The position numbers and the translations under genes are program-made. Positions 51,647 through 60,951 of a stretch of DNA of 64,000 nucleotides are shown piece by piece; within the stretch, counting starts at the first letter, position 1; each line of letters begins with the position of its first letter. Source of the stretch: a virus; IMG/VR virus record IMGVR_UViG_3300026484_000402, positions 16,341 to 80,340 of that record, one strand, 5' to 3'. A model generated the notes under the pieces. That model made no database searches. It saw nothing but the letters and a program-made list of their open reading frames with translations, and was not told where the DNA came from.

Positions 51647-53444
51647 TATCTTCTCCCTCTAAAAGATACAATAAAGATACTTCTTCTTCTGACAACATTG
51701 TATTATATATTCTAAGTTTTTTCAATCTGCCTTTATAATATGAGTGAAACCCTTCGTAAGGGGTACGTATAGCCCCTAATATTGTATAGTATTTTTCAAC
51801 AAATTCAGCTGCTATATTTGAAGTTTCCCCTTTACAAACTCCATCTATATAAAATTTAATTATTTTACGATTCCCCATAATAACAACTTGATGCCATTGT
51901 TTAGAATTAACATAATAAGCTCTTCCATATCCACTATCAAACCATCTGTCTGCCCTCAATGAAAAACCTAATTTATTTTCTCCTGCAGTTATTGTAATAT
52001 AATCAAGATAATGAGTTGTTCCAAAAATTACACCACCTGAAAAATCTTTTACCCATAAAGATACAGTAAAATTATTATTATAAATATCTGTAGGAGTATT
52101 AAGAGTATAACATCTAGTACCAGAAAATAACAAACTTTTATCTTCAATTGAAACATATCTTGGAGAAATAGAATATCTATTTTTAACTTCTCTAAAATCT
52201 TTTGTAAAAGGGAAAAATGCTATTTCTTCTTTATTTATCATTTTAAAAACAGAAGGGGTATATATTTTTGAATAATTTACGTTTTTGATATTCAAATCAC
52301 GTGTTATGATTTCATCATAATCAATCATAGCATTTCCATAATTTGTTTGAATGTTATCTTCTGTTTTCCATGTATATTTATTTGGAGATTCTTTGATTAT
52401 GAATTTATACTTTTTATTAACATCAACAAATAAAGCCAATTCTGAATCTTTTATATCTTTGTGTGTTAAAGATTTTAAATCACCATTTACATCAATATAA
52501 ATATAGTCTTTTATTTTTTCATCATAACATACAGGTAGTATTTCTTTAAATGAGGCAATAACAGTTTTATTGTAACCGTTTACATCATCTCCCTCTAACG
52601 TAAAAACTTCATTAGCATCTCTGGTAATCGTTTTTTTTGTATTATCTTCTATTGTCCAATATGGATGATGGTGAAAATCAAATATTTTTAAAAACTTAAA
52701 ATTATCATATGTTTTACAAGCGGAAAACACCTTTTTTGTTGAAAAAAAATATTTAGGAATAAAAGTTTCTTCAATCTCATAAATATTTTTATTTGAAACA
52801 TTTTCAACTTTTCTTAGATATTCTGTATATAAATCTAGAAAACTAAATAAAACTACCATCTTCTCATAATTTGTATTTTGAATATAGTCTGGAATTAATA
52901 TATACTCATAATATTGTTTATCATTTTTGTTCAAAAGAAAATTAGTAATTAATTTAAAATCATTTACATCAAATATGTTTCTTAATATTTTTTTACCAAT
53001 TTTATAGTTTTGTATAGTTTTTAACAGGTTCACTGAATTATTTGTTTTTAAGAAATCTCTAAGTTTATAAATATCATCTGTGATAAAATCTAAATTATTT
53101 TTATAAAAAGCATAATGAAACAATATGTGTTCGTCTTCGTCTGCTGCTTTTTCAATTAGGTCTTCATTTGTAATAAAGAAATCGTTTATATTGTTTTCTT
53201 TTAAACATTTCCAAAATCCATATAATTTTAAGAAGTCAATAATTAAATTATTATCAATAAGCCAATTTACAAAATCGTCAGTTACCAAATGTTTATTTTT
53301 TACAAGAAGTAAACTATTAACATTTGAATTATTATCAATCCCATTCTGAATTTCTTTTTTTATTTTTGATATTGATTCTTCTGAAAAAGTGGGATATTCA
53401 TCTAGAAGGGTATAAAAAATAGATTTTGAACATTCATATTTCAT
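51639..53444 (-). CDS. Protein with a C-terminal LamG/concanavalin A-like domain
   Basis: FTVSLWVK, WHQVVI..FYIDG, YKGRLKKLRIYNTMLSEEEV. Confidence 0.8.
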   Translation of the reverse strand: MKYECSKSIFYTLLDEYPTFSEESISKIKKEIQNGIDNNSNVNSLLLVKNKHLVTDDFVNWLIDNNLIIDFLKLYGFWKCLKENNINDFFITNEDLIEKAADEDEHILFHYAFYKNNLDFITDDIYKLRDFLKTNNSVNLLKTIQNYKIGKKILRNIFDVNDFKLITNFLLNKNDKQYYEYILIPDYIQNTNYEKMVVLFSFLDLYTEYLRKVENVSNKNIYEIEETFIPKYFFSTKKVFSACKTYDNFKFLKIFDFHHHPYWTIEDNTKKTITRDANEVFTLEGDDVNGYNKTVIASFKEILPVCYDEKIKDYIYIDVNGDLKSLTHKDIKDSELALFVDVNKKYKFIIKESPNKYTWKTEDNIQTNYGNAMIDYDEIITRDLNIKNVNYSKIYTPSVFKMINKEEIAFFPFTKDFREVKNRYSISPRYVSIEDKSLLFSGTRCYTLNTPTDIYNNNFTVSLWVKDFSGGVIFGTTHYLDYITITAGENKLGFSLRADRWFDSGYGRAYYVNSKQWHQVVIMGNRKIIKFYIDGVCKGETSNIAAEFVEKYYTILGAIRTPYEGFHSYYKGRLKKLRIYNTMLSEEEVSLLYLLEGEDNV

Positions 53445-55480
53445 AATGCTTCCTTATTCATTTTATGAGCTTTTATTATAAAGTCATTTCCAAGCAATGA
53501 ATTTTCAATTTTACCTATGTATACTGTTGTATGATTAACACGAGTATAAGATAGTCCAAAATACAGGTCATCTCCATCTATCTGAAACAAAAACTGTTTA
53601 TGATTTAATACGCTATCTTTATCATAAGATTTATAATATTCTGCTTTATAAACTGTATTTTTTAAATATATGTTTTTAGAATCTGATTCATAATTAAGAG
53701 CCGTGCCTTCTTTGTTATATATATCTTTCAAATAATCTACTTCTATATATTCTTCTGTTAGATAGTTAAAAAACACTATATAATCATAAGGTAAATAATC
53801 TGTTTCCAAAACAAATCCCATATTAGAATATGCATCTTTAATCTGATTTAAGATAATTGAATTGTCTCTTTTAGTGTAAAAATCATCGCACGGAAAGCAA
53901 CTGTCTTTTAAATAAAAAAATCCATTTTTAACATTTTGATTGTTTTGTTTTGTAAAAGTATTTCCATTAAAGAGCAATTTATCAGATTTTATATAAAAAC
54001 AAGGAACAGATTTCCCAGTTGTGACTTTTTTATCTGATAATGTATATATTTCATCAAGTATTTTCCCATCTTTTTCTAAAACTGCATACGAATAATCTTT
54101 TAAACCATTTGTTGGCCTTTTTTTTATAAAATTGGAATTGAGAATACTAACTTGATTCTTATAAAGGACTTTATCAAAAAGATAGATATAATCTATATCA
54201 AAAGTTAAAGAATCTTCAAGTGTATCATTGCCTATATATAAAGAAGCGTTATCCATAATACCGTCATAAAAATCTGAATTTAAAAACAAAACTGTTTTTT
54301 CATTGACAAAAATCTTTATATTAAAAGTGGAATTTTGAAAAGCGCTTATTACAAATGATATTTGCTGGAATCCATTTTCCTTTTCAAAAGGAATGGATTT
54401 TACTATTATGTTATCTGGCAATATTATATTGATAACATAATTGTTATCATCAACAGAATCTATTCTTGCTTGTACGGTTTTCGTTTCTCCAAGTATTTCT
54501 TTTTTCAAAGTAAACAGATTTCCGTTGTCAATATCTTTAATTCTCATTATTAACGAAAAGTTGTTTGAGTTTATTTTCCCTAAGCTTAAAACTGAACTTC
54601 CTTTTTTTAGATATTTAAATTTGCCTTGATTTTGAAAAGATAAATTTCCATTATTTTCAATTTCAACTCCATTTAAAACATTTTTTACGGTACCATTCAT
54701 ATCAAACAAAGCAATAGGTTTTACATATAAAGGATTTTTATTGTACTCTTCATCAAATTTAACTTCAATATTTTCTTGTCTTTCTATTCTAACGTTTGCA
54801 ACTGAACATTCAGCCAAATGTTTTAATTCTTCTTCATAAATTAATTGTTTTTGCTCTTGTAGATTGTTAAAATAAACATCTTTATATATATACTCAACCT
54901 CTTCTTCATTTAAATTCTTGTTAAATATTAGTATATTGGAAAAATTACAACACCCTATTTTATTAGAATTAGAGTCCACAAATCCACCAATTTGATTAAT
55001 TTTATCAAGTTTATTATCGTAAGACCCTGAAGCAACTTTTTTTCCGTTTACATACGTTTCATAATGTTCGCCAGTTAACACAAATACAATATGATACCAT
55101 TTATCAGCGTTAATTTCGCTTATAAGAGTCTGAGTTCCGATTGCTAATTTATTATCGTAGATACCAATAACCCAATTATATTTATCCGAATCAATATCAT
55201 AATATGAATGACCTATAACAGGTAAAAAGCCATCAGTGCTTTTTTCTTTTTTTACCCAAAAAGAAATAGTTAACGCAGTTGATTCTATTTCTTTTATCGC
55301 AATATAATCATGGGCAGCAACATCTGGTCTACAATATTTTCTATGTTTATCTTCTTTAAAAAGAATTTTGCCTTTAATTATTCCATCATTCTCACCAACG
55401 ATGTCTTTTGCATTATTATGCAAAGGATAAGCGGCTATTAAATGAGATAATAGATTATTTGTATCGACATTAGATGACAT
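53441..55480 (-). CDS. LamG domain protein with two LamG-like domains
   Basis: LIAAYPL..NAKD, LTISFWVK, WYHIVFV..YVNG, IFNKNLNEEEV; second FDIDYIYLFDKVL. Confidence 0.8.
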   Translation of the reverse strand: MSSNVDTNNLLSHLIAAYPLHNNAKDIVGENDGIIKGKILFKEDKHRKYCRPDVAAHDYIAIKEIESTALTISFWVKKEKSTDGFLPVIGHSYYDIDSDKYNWVIGIYDNKLAIGTQTLISEINADKWYHIVFVLTGEHYETYVNGKKVASGSYDNKLDKINQIGGFVDSNSNKIGCCNFSNILIFNKNLNEEEVEYIYKDVYFNNLQEQKQLIYEEELKHLAECSVANVRIERQENIEVKFDEEYNKNPLYVKPIALFDMNGTVKNVLNGVEIENNGNLSFQNQGKFKYLKKGSSVLSLGKINSNNFSLIMRIKDIDNGNLFTLKKEILGETKTVQARIDSVDDNNYVINIILPDNIIVKSIPFEKENGFQQISFVISAFQNSTFNIKIFVNEKTVLFLNSDFYDGIMDNASLYIGNDTLEDSLTFDIDYIYLFDKVLYKNQVSILNSNFIKKRPTNGLKDYSYAVLEKDGKILDEIYTLSDKKVTTGKSVPCFYIKSDKLLFNGNTFTKQNNQNVKNGFFYLKDSCFPCDDFYTKRDNSIILNQIKDAYSNMGFVLETDYLPYDYIVFFNYLTEEYIEVDYLKDIYNKEGTALNYESDSKNIYLKNTVYKAEYYKSYDKDSVLNHKQFLFQIDGDDLYFGLSYTRVNHTTVYIGKIENSLLGNDFIIKAHKMNKEAL

Positions 55481-55490
55481 TTTATTCCCC

Positions 55491-57692
55491 TTAATTATTT
55501 AATAGCTCTAAAGCTAAAGCATAAGCTTTATCCGCTTTTGATACCACATTAAATATAGCGTCTGAATCTTCTGATACAGTGGATTGTAATTTTACTGGTT
55601 CAGCAATTGATTTTCCAGTTACCACTAATACTACATCAAACGGTTGATTAGGCATTCTTCCATTTTCATCATTATATAAATAATCATATTCAAAAATAAG
55701 TTTTTCAGCTCCGTTAACTTTACCTAGTATAGGATTTCCATTTTTGTCTCTTACAACATATCCTTCTCCATTTAAATAACTATCTTTATACATTAGCGCA
55801 TATGTTGCGTCCGGGTCTGATTGCAATAATGCGTCAAACATAATAGTGATAGGTTTAAAATATACAGGATAAGCAAATCTTACATCATTTGTCGCTATTT
55901 TAATTTCGTTTAAAACAAGAGTAATGTCATCATCCAAATTAGAGGCATCTATTTTTAAATAAAACTCGAAAAATTTTCCATCAATTATATTATTTATCGA
56001 AGTTAATTTTTCAGCATTAAACAACATATAATCTGTTTCTGTTTCGGCAGTCTTTATTTTAAATAAAAATCTTAAATCTGAATTCCCACCTTTAATTTGA
56101 GGTTCTTGGTCCTTAAAAGTAATTCCTCTCAATGTGAAAGGGGCTTTATATTCAACAATATCACCTTTCTTTAAATACAATCCAGTTCCATATTCAAATT
56201 TAGGTTCGCCTTTTAAAATATTCGAGGTTTTATTTTTTGTAAAATGTATTAATAATTCGCCCTCTTTATTTTCTTTATATATTTCAAACAGAGTTGTGTT
56301 TTCCGCTCCATTATTAATAACAATTTCAGAAGCATATACTCCTTTAACTTGCGTGTTTTTTGAATTAATAGAATATTTTCTAGGTGAATCCGATACAAAA
56401 TTCTGCACAAGTAAATCGTCACTCATATTGTCCATTTTAACAGTTGCACTATTTCTACATCCCTTAAATCTGGCATTTACAAATTTACAACTGTATGCAA
56501 CATCACATCTAACTACATAATTAGCATAATCGTCATCGGCTTCCATTGAAAGCATATCAATTTTGGATGAATTTAAAACTCTTAAAAACGAATCATAAGA
56601 ACCCCCTCCTGCTGGGATTTTAATTTTATTCAACTTAATCCCTGAACACCCTTCTAAAAATACGTTTGGTTGTGAATTACTTGATGAGTTTTGTAAATTT
56701 ACAGTATTTGAAGAATTTATAACACCTATTTCCGTGTTGTTAATATTATTTAATTTTAACGCACCTCCAACATTGTTTATATTATCAGTTATAAGATTTT
56801 GCACTGTATCAAACATTACAGCGTAATCGGTGCCGGAATCTCTTTTAATTAAATATCCAAAAACATTTTTGGCAGTAACATTGTTACAGTAAGATAAAGC
56901 AAATCCGTAGCTTTTTACACTTTGAGAAACTAAATTGTCTATTTCCATATCGTTACTATATCTTATACTAACACCACTTGAATAAGTGCTATCACACGCA
57001 AATATTGAATTTTTAATACTTACATTGCTACAATAATTCATATAAGTTGGTTTTTTTACAGTTACATAATGCATTTTTAAATATGTTAAGTCTGAAAGGT
57101 TCATAGCAACATTAGACATTGCGACGTTGTTTAAAGAAATAAAACCTCCGAGACCTGTATAAAATCTCATACTAGAAGAATTATTATCTCCATCTATAGT
57201 AGACATTATAATATTAGGTATAAAAATTTTACATCCCTCCGCAGGAATCAAGCCTCCGTCAGCAGTATCAGTAAATTTAATTTTTCCATCTTCTATCCTA
57301 AAAACTCTACCGGTTAACTCATTTACTGCAAAATCTGAAAATTGATAATCTATAGCCCCAGCATTTATACATCTCCACAGCTCATATTTCCCACTATCAG
57401 GAGCTGTTTCAATAAACACTCCTCCGAGAGTGTGGTCTGGAAAAGGCAGCTCTATTTCTTGCCCAAGACTTCCATCTGAAGTTGCAATAGGAACAAGTTT
57501 ACCGCTGATGTTTAGTTTTCCCAAAGAAAATACTTTAATATAGATTTTATCAAATTGTAAAAGTTTAATTTCATCAGTGTTATTTGCAACATTAAAAGAA
57601 CCATCTTGTATTTCTAGTTTTGTTATTAAATCAGGCCAATTATCAGGAGTTATGCTTACTACGTCTCCGTTAGTTATAGTAAAGTCTGCCAT
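55491..57692 (-). CDS. Right-handed beta-helix (pectin lyase-like) tailspike/virion protein
   Basis: Asn/Ser-rich repeats YCSNVSIKN, YSNDMEIDN, YCNNVTAKN. Confidence 0.7.
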   Translation of the reverse strand: MADFTITNGDVVSITPDNWPDLITKLEIQDGSFNVANNTDEIKLLQFDKIYIKVFSLGKLNISGKLVPIATSDGSLGQEIELPFPDHTLGGVFIETAPDSGKYELWRCINAGAIDYQFSDFAVNELTGRVFRIEDGKIKFTDTADGGLIPAEGCKIFIPNIIMSTIDGDNNSSSMRFYTGLGGFISLNNVAMSNVAMNLSDLTYLKMHYVTVKKPTYMNYCSNVSIKNSIFACDSTYSSGVSIRYSNDMEIDNLVSQSVKSYGFALSYCNNVTAKNVFGYLIKRDSGTDYAVMFDTVQNLITDNINNVGGALKLNNINNTEIGVINSSNTVNLQNSSSNSQPNVFLEGCSGIKLNKIKIPAGGGSYDSFLRVLNSSKIDMLSMEADDDYANYVVRCDVAYSCKFVNARFKGCRNSATVKMDNMSDDLLVQNFVSDSPRKYSINSKNTQVKGVYASEIVINNGAENTTLFEIYKENKEGELLIHFTKNKTSNILKGEPKFEYGTGLYLKKGDIVEYKAPFTLRGITFKDQEPQIKGGNSDLRFLFKIKTAETETDYMLFNAEKLTSINNIIDGKFFEFYLKIDASNLDDDITLVLNEIKIATNDVRFAYPVYFKPITIMFDALLQSDPDATYALMYKDSYLNGEGYVVRDKNGNPILGKVNGAEKLIFEYDYLYNDENGRMPNQPFDVVLVVTGKSIAEPVKLQSTVSEDSDAIFNVVSKADKAYALALELLNN

Positions 57693-57749
57693 ATCAATCC
57701 TTTAATCATTTTTTACAAATTGTATCATAATTAAATAGCATACACAATT

Positions 57750-58703
57750 TTAAGAAGTATACTTCCCTAATAAATACGATATTGAGGCTGACAGGTTTCT
57801 TTTTTGAATAAAATAATTTTCATCAATGTAAATATCTTCAACTACTCCATTTTCAAAAAAATCATTTAATGCGTTTTTAAGGATATTATAATCTTGTTCA
57901 ACAGGCATTTCCAATACAACAGAATCATTTATTTTTTTATAATCTAAATCCAAAATATCTTTGACTAAAACCATATTGTGTTTTGCGTTTTCAGCAACTT
58001 CTACTTTTTTATCTAAAACACCATCCAAGGCCAGATAAGAATCCTGTAGTTCGTCTAAGTTAATTTGTCCGTAAGGAAACGAAGAATCCTTATTTACAAT
58101 TAAAGTGCTTTCTTCAGCTTCTATATTGCTAATTGAAATCTTATTTTTATTGTTTGATATGGTTATATTATTTAATTTTAACAACAAATCCCAAGATGAC
58201 AAATCGTCAATTATAACAGGCTCAGATTTTAGATAAAAATAATCCGACAAAATAGAATATGGTGCAACAAAAGCAGAATTATTTTTATCATCTTTAGTAA
58301 AAGTAATATTTTCATCATATATTAACTGAGGTGATTTAATTTCTGAATTATTTAGTATACTTTCTTCTTTTAAAAGTTCTTCAAACATTAAAGAGTTATT
58401 TTTATTTAACGGAGTTTTTAATTTTATATAATACATAGATGAAAAAACATTGTCAGATGGAATAAAATATTTACTCCAGAACTCAATGCTTAAATTCTGA
58501 AATATTTTTTCAGTTGGAATATTAGAAGCATTCACTTCAAAACATATTATTTCAGTTCCACTTGGAGGAAACATCGTTACTGTTTCAACATAATCATACT
58601 CTTTCAAATAATTCAAAACCATCTCAACATTGTTTTTTGTGTTTTGAATCATACCTGATGCATATTTCAATGCATCAGCTAAATTGTTTATCGTAATAGC
58701 CAT
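57750..58703 (-). CDS. Hypothetical protein
   Basis: 317 aa ORF. Confidence 0.65.
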   Translation of the reverse strand: MAITINNLADALKYASGMIQNTKNNVEMVLNYLKEYDYVETVTMFPPSGTEIICFEVNASNIPTEKIFQNLSIEFWSKYFIPSDNVFSSMYYIKLKTPLNKNNSLMFEELLKEESILNNSEIKSPQLIYDENITFTKDDKNNSAFVAPYSILSDYFYLKSEPVIIDDLSSWDLLLKLNNITISNNKNKISISNIEAEESTLIVNKDSSFPYGQINLDELQDSYLALDGVLDKKVEVAENAKHNMVLVKDILDLDYKKINDSVVLEMPVEQDYNILKNALNDFFENGVVEDIYIDENYFIQKRNLSASISYLLGKYTS

Positions 58704-58710
58704 AATGCTC

Positions 58711-58788
58711 TCACATATCAGGCCAACCGTAAGGTGGCCATTCTATTTTCTCTACCGGTTTTAATCCGCCGTCACCATTTAAAATCAT
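58711..58788 (-). CDS. Candidate 25 aa peptide (not in ORF track)
   Basis: MILNGDGGLKPVEKIEWPPYGWPDM; AAGGA RBS; fills the intergenic gap. Confidence 0.5.
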   Translation of the reverse strand: MILNGDGGLKPVEKIEWPPYGWPDM

Positions 58789-58800
58789 ATCATATCCTTT

Positions 58801-59073
58801 TTACAGTGGTTTAATTACATCTTTAATCGCATCTATATATAAGTCCACTTCTTGTGCGAACTGAGGATTTTTTTTCTCTTCACGCACTTCCCTTATAGCT
58901 TTATTTAACACCTTTACTGAAAGTCCAGCATCTTTCACGTTTTTTACAATCTCTTTTCTTTCACCTTTTAAAGCATCTATTCTTTCATCTATTAATTGAA
59001 TTTGATTTGCTGCTTGAGATAATATTTCTTTTGCTTCTGATTCAGAGATTACTTTTTGAGTTTTTTTTGCCAT
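58801..59073 (-). CDS. GapR/DUF2312-family DNA-binding protein
   Basis: IDERIDALKGERKEIVKNVKDAGLSVKVLNKAIR..VDLYIDAI. Confidence 0.78.
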   Translation of the reverse strand: MAKKTQKVISESEAKEILSQAANQIQLIDERIDALKGERKEIVKNVKDAGLSVKVLNKAIREVREEKKNPQFAQEVDLYIDAIKDVIKPL

Positions 59074-59083
59074 TTTTACTCCT

Positions 59084-59383
59084 TTAACAATGTGTTTGTA
59101 TTAATTTATCGGCTTTTCGTAATACATCTTGGTAACCGTGTTGTGCCGCTCTTATTTTTGCAGCTTTTAACATTTTGCAACTTATTTTACCTGTATTTGG
59201 ATTTATAATAGGAAATTTTTTTTCTGCAGGAAGAAGAAAAGCGTTTGGACCATGCTTTCTCAACAAATGTTCTCTTACACTTGTTTTATGTATTTTTTCT
59301 TTGAGTATCTGCCCAAATTTCAAGGATTTAGGGCTTCTTGGGTCTTGAAACGCTATTCTTTTTACCGCTATTTTATACAGCAT
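59084..59383 (-). CDS. Small basic protein with an MLYKIA leader
   Basis: 99 aa; AFLLPAEKKFPI..CKMLKAAKIRAAQHG. Confidence 0.65.
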   Translation of the reverse strand: MLYKIAVKRIAFQDPRSPKSLKFGQILKEKIHKTSVREHLLRKHGPNAFLLPAEKKFPIINPNTGKISCKMLKAAKIRAAQHGYQDVLRKADKLIQTHC

Positions 59384-59434
59384 ATTTTCCTCTTTTTTTG
59401 ATAATTATATCATTTCTACATATAAATAGCAAAA
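59366..59434 (-). repeat. Promoter-RBS-leader direct repeat, copy A
   Basis: TTTTGCTATTTATATGTAGAAATGATATAATTATCAAAAAAAGAGGAAAATATGCTGTATAAAATAGC. Confidence 0.75.
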
Positions 59435-59451
59435 TCTAACTTTTTCTTTGA

Positions 59452-59655
59452 TTATAATAATTGACTACCAGCTATCCCGCCTATAACACCTGCTATACCA
59501 CTTTCTAATAATGTTGTTTTTGTTCCTCTAAGAGCTAATTTATGTGCTCCGGCAGTAGCTACTCCTGATGCGATACCTTTAAATAATTTAGATTTAAAAA
59601 ATGAATTCTGATTCTTGTTTTTTTGTATTTTCTTTGCTGCTATCTTATACAACAT
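59452..59655 (-). CDS. Small Gly-rich basic protein with an MLYKIA leader (67 aa)
   Basis: Start moved to MLYKIAAK at 59655 (AAGGA RBS); GIAGVIGGIAG. Confidence 0.65.
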   Translation of the reverse strand: MLYKIAAKKIQKNKNQNSFFKSKLFKGIASGVATAGAHKLALRGTKTTLLESGIAGVIGGIAGSQLL

Positions 59656-59705
59656 CTTTTTCCTTTTTTTAATAATTATATCGTCTTTATATATAAATAA
59701 CAAAA
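59638..59705 (-). repeat. Promoter-RBS-leader direct repeat, copy B
   Basis: TTTTGTTATTTATATATAAAGACGATATAATTATTAAAAAAAGGAAAAAAGATGTTGTATAAGATAGC. Confidence 0.75.
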
Positions 59706-59710
59706 CCTAA

Positions 59711-59745
59711 GGAAAATAACCACATTTCATGGTATGTATATATAA
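59711..59745 (+). promoter_or_regulatory. Candidate phage-specific promoter, copy 2
   Basis: GGAAAA-TAACCACA-TTTCATGGTA-TG-TATATAT-AA. Confidence 0.6.
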
Positions 59746-59806
59746 AAGAGAGATTTTGGGCTTACTCTCTATAATAAAAAAGCCGATACCAATTAAAAGG
59801 ATTATC

Positions 59807-59956
59807 ATGAAAAACATATTAGTTACAGCTGGGACAGTGTATGTAAGCACTAAGGAAAACTTAAGAAGGTTGCAAAAAAAAATAGGGGGAGTTATAAACC
59901 CCCCAAAATGGGTATGTGACCCATTTAAGGAGGGATGGAAAATAGTTACCGTTTAA
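59807..59956 (+). CDS. Small hypothetical protein (49 aa)
   Basis: AAGGA RBS before MKNILVTAG; followed by GGAGGGAT..ATCCCTCC plus a T-tract (terminator-like). Confidence 0.6.
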   Translation: MKNILVTAGTVYVSTKENLRRLQKKIGGVINPPKWVCDPFKEGWKIVTV

Positions 59957-60014
59957 TCCCTCCTCTTTTTTTAGTTACTATTTTCTAATTTTAACAATTA
60001 ATTTTTTTTGAAAA

Positions 60015-60032
60015 CACGGTATATATAAATGG
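60015..60032 (+). promoter_or_regulatory. Candidate phage-specific promoter, copy 3 (core only)
   Basis: CACGGTA-TA-TATAAAT-GG followed by a GCAGG/CCTGC hairpin. Confidence 0.5.
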
Positions 60033-60071
60033 AGCAGGCCATAATCCTGCAAAAAAATCAAAAGGAGAGAA

Positions 60072-60890
60072 ATGAAAACAACAAAAATTCTAAAATACGG
60101 AAAAAAAATCGCAGGTGAAACGAGAAAGGCTGATTTCTTGAGAGCTTTCGGAAGAGAAGTGGAAGTTACGAGAATAATAAGCTTCGGAGCATGTAACTTC
60201 CATTGCCCATATTGCAAAAGAGATTGTCAACTTGTAGACGGAAAGGGCAATCCAATTCGTGCTGAAGAGGTAAATTTCTCTGATATCCTAGCGGTAGTGG
60301 ATGATGCTATTGCAAAAGGTCAGAGGGTGAGGCTATCTGGCGGGGACCCAGTGATGTTCCCAAAAGAAAGTTTGGAGATTGCTAAATATACAATGGAAAA
60401 ATACGGGCAAAAAATATCTATAGCCCATAACGGTTCAGGTATGAGATTTGTAAAATCTCTTGCCCCTTACCTGGACTATGCGGCAATTGACTTAAAGGGG
60501 CATGATGGAAAAGAACTTGCCATGAGAGCGGGAATTCCTGAAAAAGTAGGAGATAAGATGCTAAAAAGCACTCTTGCAGTACAGGATTATCTCGCTTCTC
60601 AGGACATATTGGTAGATGTAAGAACGCCTGTGTTCGACACTACGACCCTAGACCATTTATATGCAATGGCAGAACAAATTGTCAAGGGCGGGGTAAAAAA
60701 CAAATTCTGGACTCTTAGAAAATACAACCCGGTCCGCTGGATTGACTGGGGAACAATTCCTCAGGAAACGCTGTTACAATACGCAGAAATAATCTCTAAA
60801 GAGTTTCCGGAACTCCCTATAGGTCTTCGCCTAAAATGGAGCGGGGGGTCAAAAGAATTTATAATATTGAAAGGAGGTAAAAGAATTTAA
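60072..60890 (+). CDS. Radical SAM protein (glycyl-radical activase / NrdG-like fold)
   Basis: GACNFHCPYC CX3CX2C motif, RLSGGDP, YAAIDLKG, VRTP. Confidence 0.88.
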   Translation: MKTTKILKYGKKIAGETRKADFLRAFGREVEVTRIISFGACNFHCPYCKRDCQLVDGKGNPIRAEEVNFSDILAVVDDAIAKGQRVRLSGGDPVMFPKESLEIAKYTMEKYGQKISIAHNGSGMRFVKSLAPYLDYAAIDLKGHDGKELAMRAGIPEKVGDKMLKSTLAVQDYLASQDILVDVRTPVFDTTTLDHLYAMAEQIVKGGVKNKFWTLRKYNPVRWIDWGTIPQETLLQYAEIISKEFPELPIGLRLKWSGGSKEFIILKGGKRI

Positions 60891-60951
60891 TCCCCCCCCC
60901 CTTTTTTGTCTTATTTTTTGTATAATAAAATCTGAAATTAAAGGAGTAAAA

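Noticed and set aside
58711-60890. The 25 aa Trp-containing peptide as a RiPP substrate of the radical SAM enzyme
   Set aside because: Opposite strands, different promoters, and the enzyme lacks a SPASM/Cys-rich extension
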